Source of the DNA: Planctomycetota bacterium
GTDB taxonomy: Bacteria > Planctomycetota > SZUA-567 > H5-PLA8
Direction: 5' to 3'
Assembly: GCA_038227875.1 (NCBI GenBank)
Contig: JBBRPR010000077.1
Span: 1-37,979, forward strand
DNA length: 37,979 nt
A model generated the notes under the pieces. The model had not been told where the DNA came from and did no database searches. It saw only the letters and a program-made list of their open reading frames with translations. Positions within the stretch are counted from its first letter, which is position 1, and each line of letters starts with the position of its first letter. The translations under genes were made by a program, and so were the position numbers. This document shows, piece by piece, positions 35,294 through 37,979 of the stretch.

Positions 35294-35542
35294 TCAGGTG
35301 CCTGTAATAGGTTGTAGAGCCCGAGCCGCTTGATACCAGTGCAGCACCTGTTCCACATGAAGAGTGACGTGAGAATGCCGTACTAGTCCCATAATTTCTC
35401 GGTTTCCGTAACACGTTTTGATACAGGGTGTTCCATGATCCGACGGCGCACTATAAATGCTCAACCGTGGGAAAATGGAGGTCCAAGCGTGATTTTAGTC
35501 CATAGATAGTCCAGATTTTCAGGTCATGAATAAGGAGGCAAG

Positions 35543-36847
35543 ATGAGATTCCTGAGACCCTTAGCATTCTGTATTGGCCTGCTGGCAGGCGCGGTTTGCG
35601 GCAGCGAAGCACCCACTGCCAATGGCGCTCCGGAATGGGCCAAGGCCGTGCCCGTGCGCCAGTGGTACGCGCTGGCGGGCACCGAGTACCGGGCCGCGAT
35701 CAAGGCGCTGGCGCCAGAGAAGGGGTACATCGGCTACGACCCGATCGGCGGAACGGTTGATTCATACGACGACCCTGTCGCCAACGCCGACAACTCAGCC
35801 GTCTATTTCTATGGCGGCGGGCACGGCTCGTCGACGCTCAATGGCGTCTTTAAATTCGATACGATCAACCTGAAGTATTCGATCGCGATTGCGCCGACGC
35901 CGCCGGACAAGTATCCGCCGGCGTACGTCAAAGCCGAAGGAAACGATCTCACCTATCCGTCGGGCGCGAAGCCCGGACATTTTTCCGCGGACCTGACCGA
36001 TCCCGCCGACCTGCCCTTCAAAGCGCCACAGAATGCCCCGACCGCCTCGCACATGTATTCAGCCTGCGACATGCGCGGGGACGTGATTCATTACTTTTAC
36101 GGCGCCTACCGCTGCGCCAACGTCAAGACGGGAAAGTGGGAGTCCGTCGGCGAGATCGATGTCGGAGCTCAAGTCGGGAAGCTGACCGCGGACAAGAAGT
36201 ACGGCACCGCTTATCTGCAGCAGGGCACAGCCGCCGTCTACGACGACGTGACGGATCGCTTCCTGGTCTCTCTGGTGCCTGGCGACGCGGGCATCAACTG
36301 GCGCGGCAACCGCTTGTTCTTCTGGGATCCGGTCAAACAGGTGATCGAGCCCAAAGGTCCCGCCGACGGCATGGTCCCGATCTGCACGCGCTCCTCCATG
36401 AATTTATTCAAAGGCGGACGCTGGGCCTACATGTTGATGTGCAACGCGCCCACCACAGTGGCCCCAGACACGGTCAACGGAGCGTTCCGCTACAACTTCG
36501 ACACAGGCAAGATCGAGACGCTGCGAATCGAAGGTGATCTCTTCAAATTCGCGCCCGACAACACGCAGGAAACGGTGCCGTGTGTGTACCATGCGGGACG
36601 AAATTCGCTGATCCGCTGGGAGTACCTCAGCGACGTCAATGCGCTCTACGAAGTGAACTTGACCCCCGTCAGCGGCGCCGGCACCGATGCCAGTCCCTAC
36701 GTGCTGCACCAGACCCGCATTCCGCTGACCGGTGCGCTCAGCGTCAAGCCGTTGCTCAATTATCGGCGCATGTTTTACAATGCAAAGACCGGCGTGATGA
36801 TGTTCATGCCGAATTCGAATTCCACGTGGTACGCCGTGAAGTTGTGA
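35543..36847 (+). CDS. Exported beta-propeller-like protein
   Basis: AAGGAGG upstream; signal peptide; kelch-like YFYGGGHG...NGVFKFD; repeated four-strand units. Confidence 0.7.
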   Translation: MRFLRPLAFCIGLLAGAVCGSEAPTANGAPEWAKAVPVRQWYALAGTEYRAAIKALAPEKGYIGYDPIGGTVDSYDDPVANADNSAVYFYGGGHGSSTLNGVFKFDTINLKYSIAIAPTPPDKYPPAYVKAEGNDLTYPSGAKPGHFSADLTDPADLPFKAPQNAPTASHMYSACDMRGDVIHYFYGAYRCANVKTGKWESVGEIDVGAQVGKLTADKKYGTAYLQQGTAAVYDDVTDRFLVSLVPGDAGINWRGNRLFFWDPVKQVIEPKGPADGMVPICTRSSMNLFKGGRWAYMLMCNAPTTVAPDTVNGAFRYNFDTGKIETLRIEGDLFKFAPDNTQETVPCVYHAGRNSLIRWEYLSDVNALYEVNLTPVSGAGTDASPYVLHQTRIPLTGALSVKPLLNYRRMFYNAKTGVMMFMPNSNSTWYAVKL

Positions 36848-36894
36848 ACGCTACGGTTCGACTTTGCCAAGCATAAGTTTACGCCTGTATTCCC

Positions 36895-37632
36895 TTAGAA
36901 CTTTGAGAAGACGTTCAAAATCAAGATCTCAATGTGGGAAGCGGCGGCGTGTTCGGCAATCACGACTGAATTCGGATGGCCGCAACTGTTCCGCAGTCTA
37001 AGGCACTGATTTTGAAGTGTCTGCTTCACGTTATTGCCCATAACGGCGAGTGATTCGCACACATCCAAGAAAACGGATTCCTTCATCGCACCGAGATCGT
37101 CCTGTTGCTTTGCCTGCTGCCATTTTGAATTTCGGCGCAACGCCTCTGCGTTGAATACCGCTAAGTATTTATCAAAGACATGCTTGTGCAAGACTCCTAT
37201 GGCCCCTGCCCATGAAAAAACGACTGCAGCGCGGAATTGTTTGGCCTCAAAACATTTTACCGCCTCTTCGACAAAGCCGTGTGAAAGCGGGTCTGTGATT
37301 TTAGCGAGGTGTGTGCGAAGAGAATTACTCGTGTGCAAAATGACCTTGTTCCCAGGAACTGCGGCAACAAGAGTTGCAATGTGCTGCTTGCCGGGTTCTG
37401 TGAGCTCCCACCCCTTGTCCGTTAGAATTGCCAGCCCTTTTGACCGAGAAAGAGTCATCGAAATATTAACCTTCGCAGCGTTCCTCCATCCTGCGGTGGC
37501 GGCACGAGGTTTAAGCTCCGCCACCATTAACGGGCCGACAGGATTAATGGCCAATATCACCAAGAGCTTATCACGAATTGCCTTGCAGCATTTGTCGTGG
37601 ATAACGAGTTTGGCCTCATTTGGCGTCAGCAA
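36895..37632 (-). CDS. wHTH plus HEPN-like domain protein
   Basis: GWELTEPGKQH wing motif; FVEEAVKCFEAKQFRAAVVFSW and LRNSCGHPN (R-X4-H); TTG start after GGAG; lower GC than the core genes. Confidence 0.75.
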   Translation of the reverse strand: MLTPNEAKLVIHDKCCKAIRDKLLVILAINPVGPLMVAELKPRAATAGWRNAAKVNISMTLSRSKGLAILTDKGWELTEPGKQHIATLVAAVPGNKVILHTSNSLRTHLAKITDPLSHGFVEEAVKCFEAKQFRAAVVFSWAGAIGVLHKHVFDKYLAVFNAEALRRNSKWQQAKQQDDLGAMKESVFLDVCESLAVMGNNVKQTLQNQCLRLRNSCGHPNSVVIAEHAAASHIEILILNVFSKF

Positions 37633-37840
37633 CTTGCTTCTCCATGTTGGTCAAGGTGTTCTGGGATAACGCATAACGGCCGATCGAACCTTCGTTGATT
37701 TCATTTGCCTTGATCAGAGTATTTAGAATGTTGGAGAGGTTACCTCGATAACTAGAGCGAAAAAAAGCGGTGGCTGTCTTCATGGATTCCAGAATGGCTT
37801 TTCGATTTAAAGACGATTTACCCTGCTTGGCCGCTTGATA
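37616..37840 (-). pseudogene. 5'-truncated wHTH-like partner gene overlapping the HEPN gene start
   Basis: Frame reads QGKSSLNRKAILESMKTATAFFRSSYRGNLSNILNTLIKANEINEGSIGRYALSQNTLTNMEKQVADAK*. It is open only back to a TGA at 37919-37921, with no standard start codon upstream of the internal ATG at 37783. Confidence 0.5.
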
Positions 37841-37979
37841 GCGGATGTCCCATCCGTTGTTGAAATTGGTTGAACGTCCGTAGCCGAAACCGAAACGTAC
37901 CTTCCTTTCGCGGCCTCGTCAAGGGGCTCGCTTCGTATTGACCGCTTTGTCTACAGGACAGACGCGGTTTACAATCCAG

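Noticed and set aside
1..37979. Complete DGR (template repeat, reverse transcriptase, avd), CRISPR array, integron integrase/attC, tRNA or rRNA
   Set aside because: No YxDD-type RT, AAC-rich template, regularly spaced repeat-spacer array, integrase or tRNA/rRNA signature was found by eye.

Overview
High-GC bacterial chromosomal window, probably Planctomycetota/PVC (inferred from motif types, not proven). The core contains an archaeal/fungal-type asd, glycogen phosphorylase (glgP), NAD(P)HX epimerase (nnrE) with an extra C-terminal domain, an ECF42-type sigma factor with two DGPF/YciI genes and a matching promoter, an SPFH protein plus an amber-interrupted M48 peptidase, a pseudo-receiver/HD-GYP protein, rplM-rpsI followed by argJ-argB-argD-argF, a heparinase II/III-type lyase, several TPR or secreted proteins and a DUF3300-DUF2950 pair. 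At the right edge is a lower-GC wHTH-HEPN-like gene with a truncated partner. The most unusual part is the left 5 kb. It holds a translationally coupled array of small membrane proteins with conserved ends (RRxWFQIHLSTL...ExLIRRRE) and unrelated middles, a duplicated ~110-bp divergent promoter module bracketing a dual-specificity phosphatase, and two FGE-sulfatase/CLec-fold genes whose 3' ends differ in the pattern expected of diversity-generating retroelement (DGR) variable repeats. No template repeat or reverse transcriptase is in the window. Intergenic regions carry heptamer-built inverted-repeat (MITE-like) elements. No rRNA, tRNA, CRISPR array or intact transposase was recognised. All family assignments come from motif recognition by eye; no searches were run.
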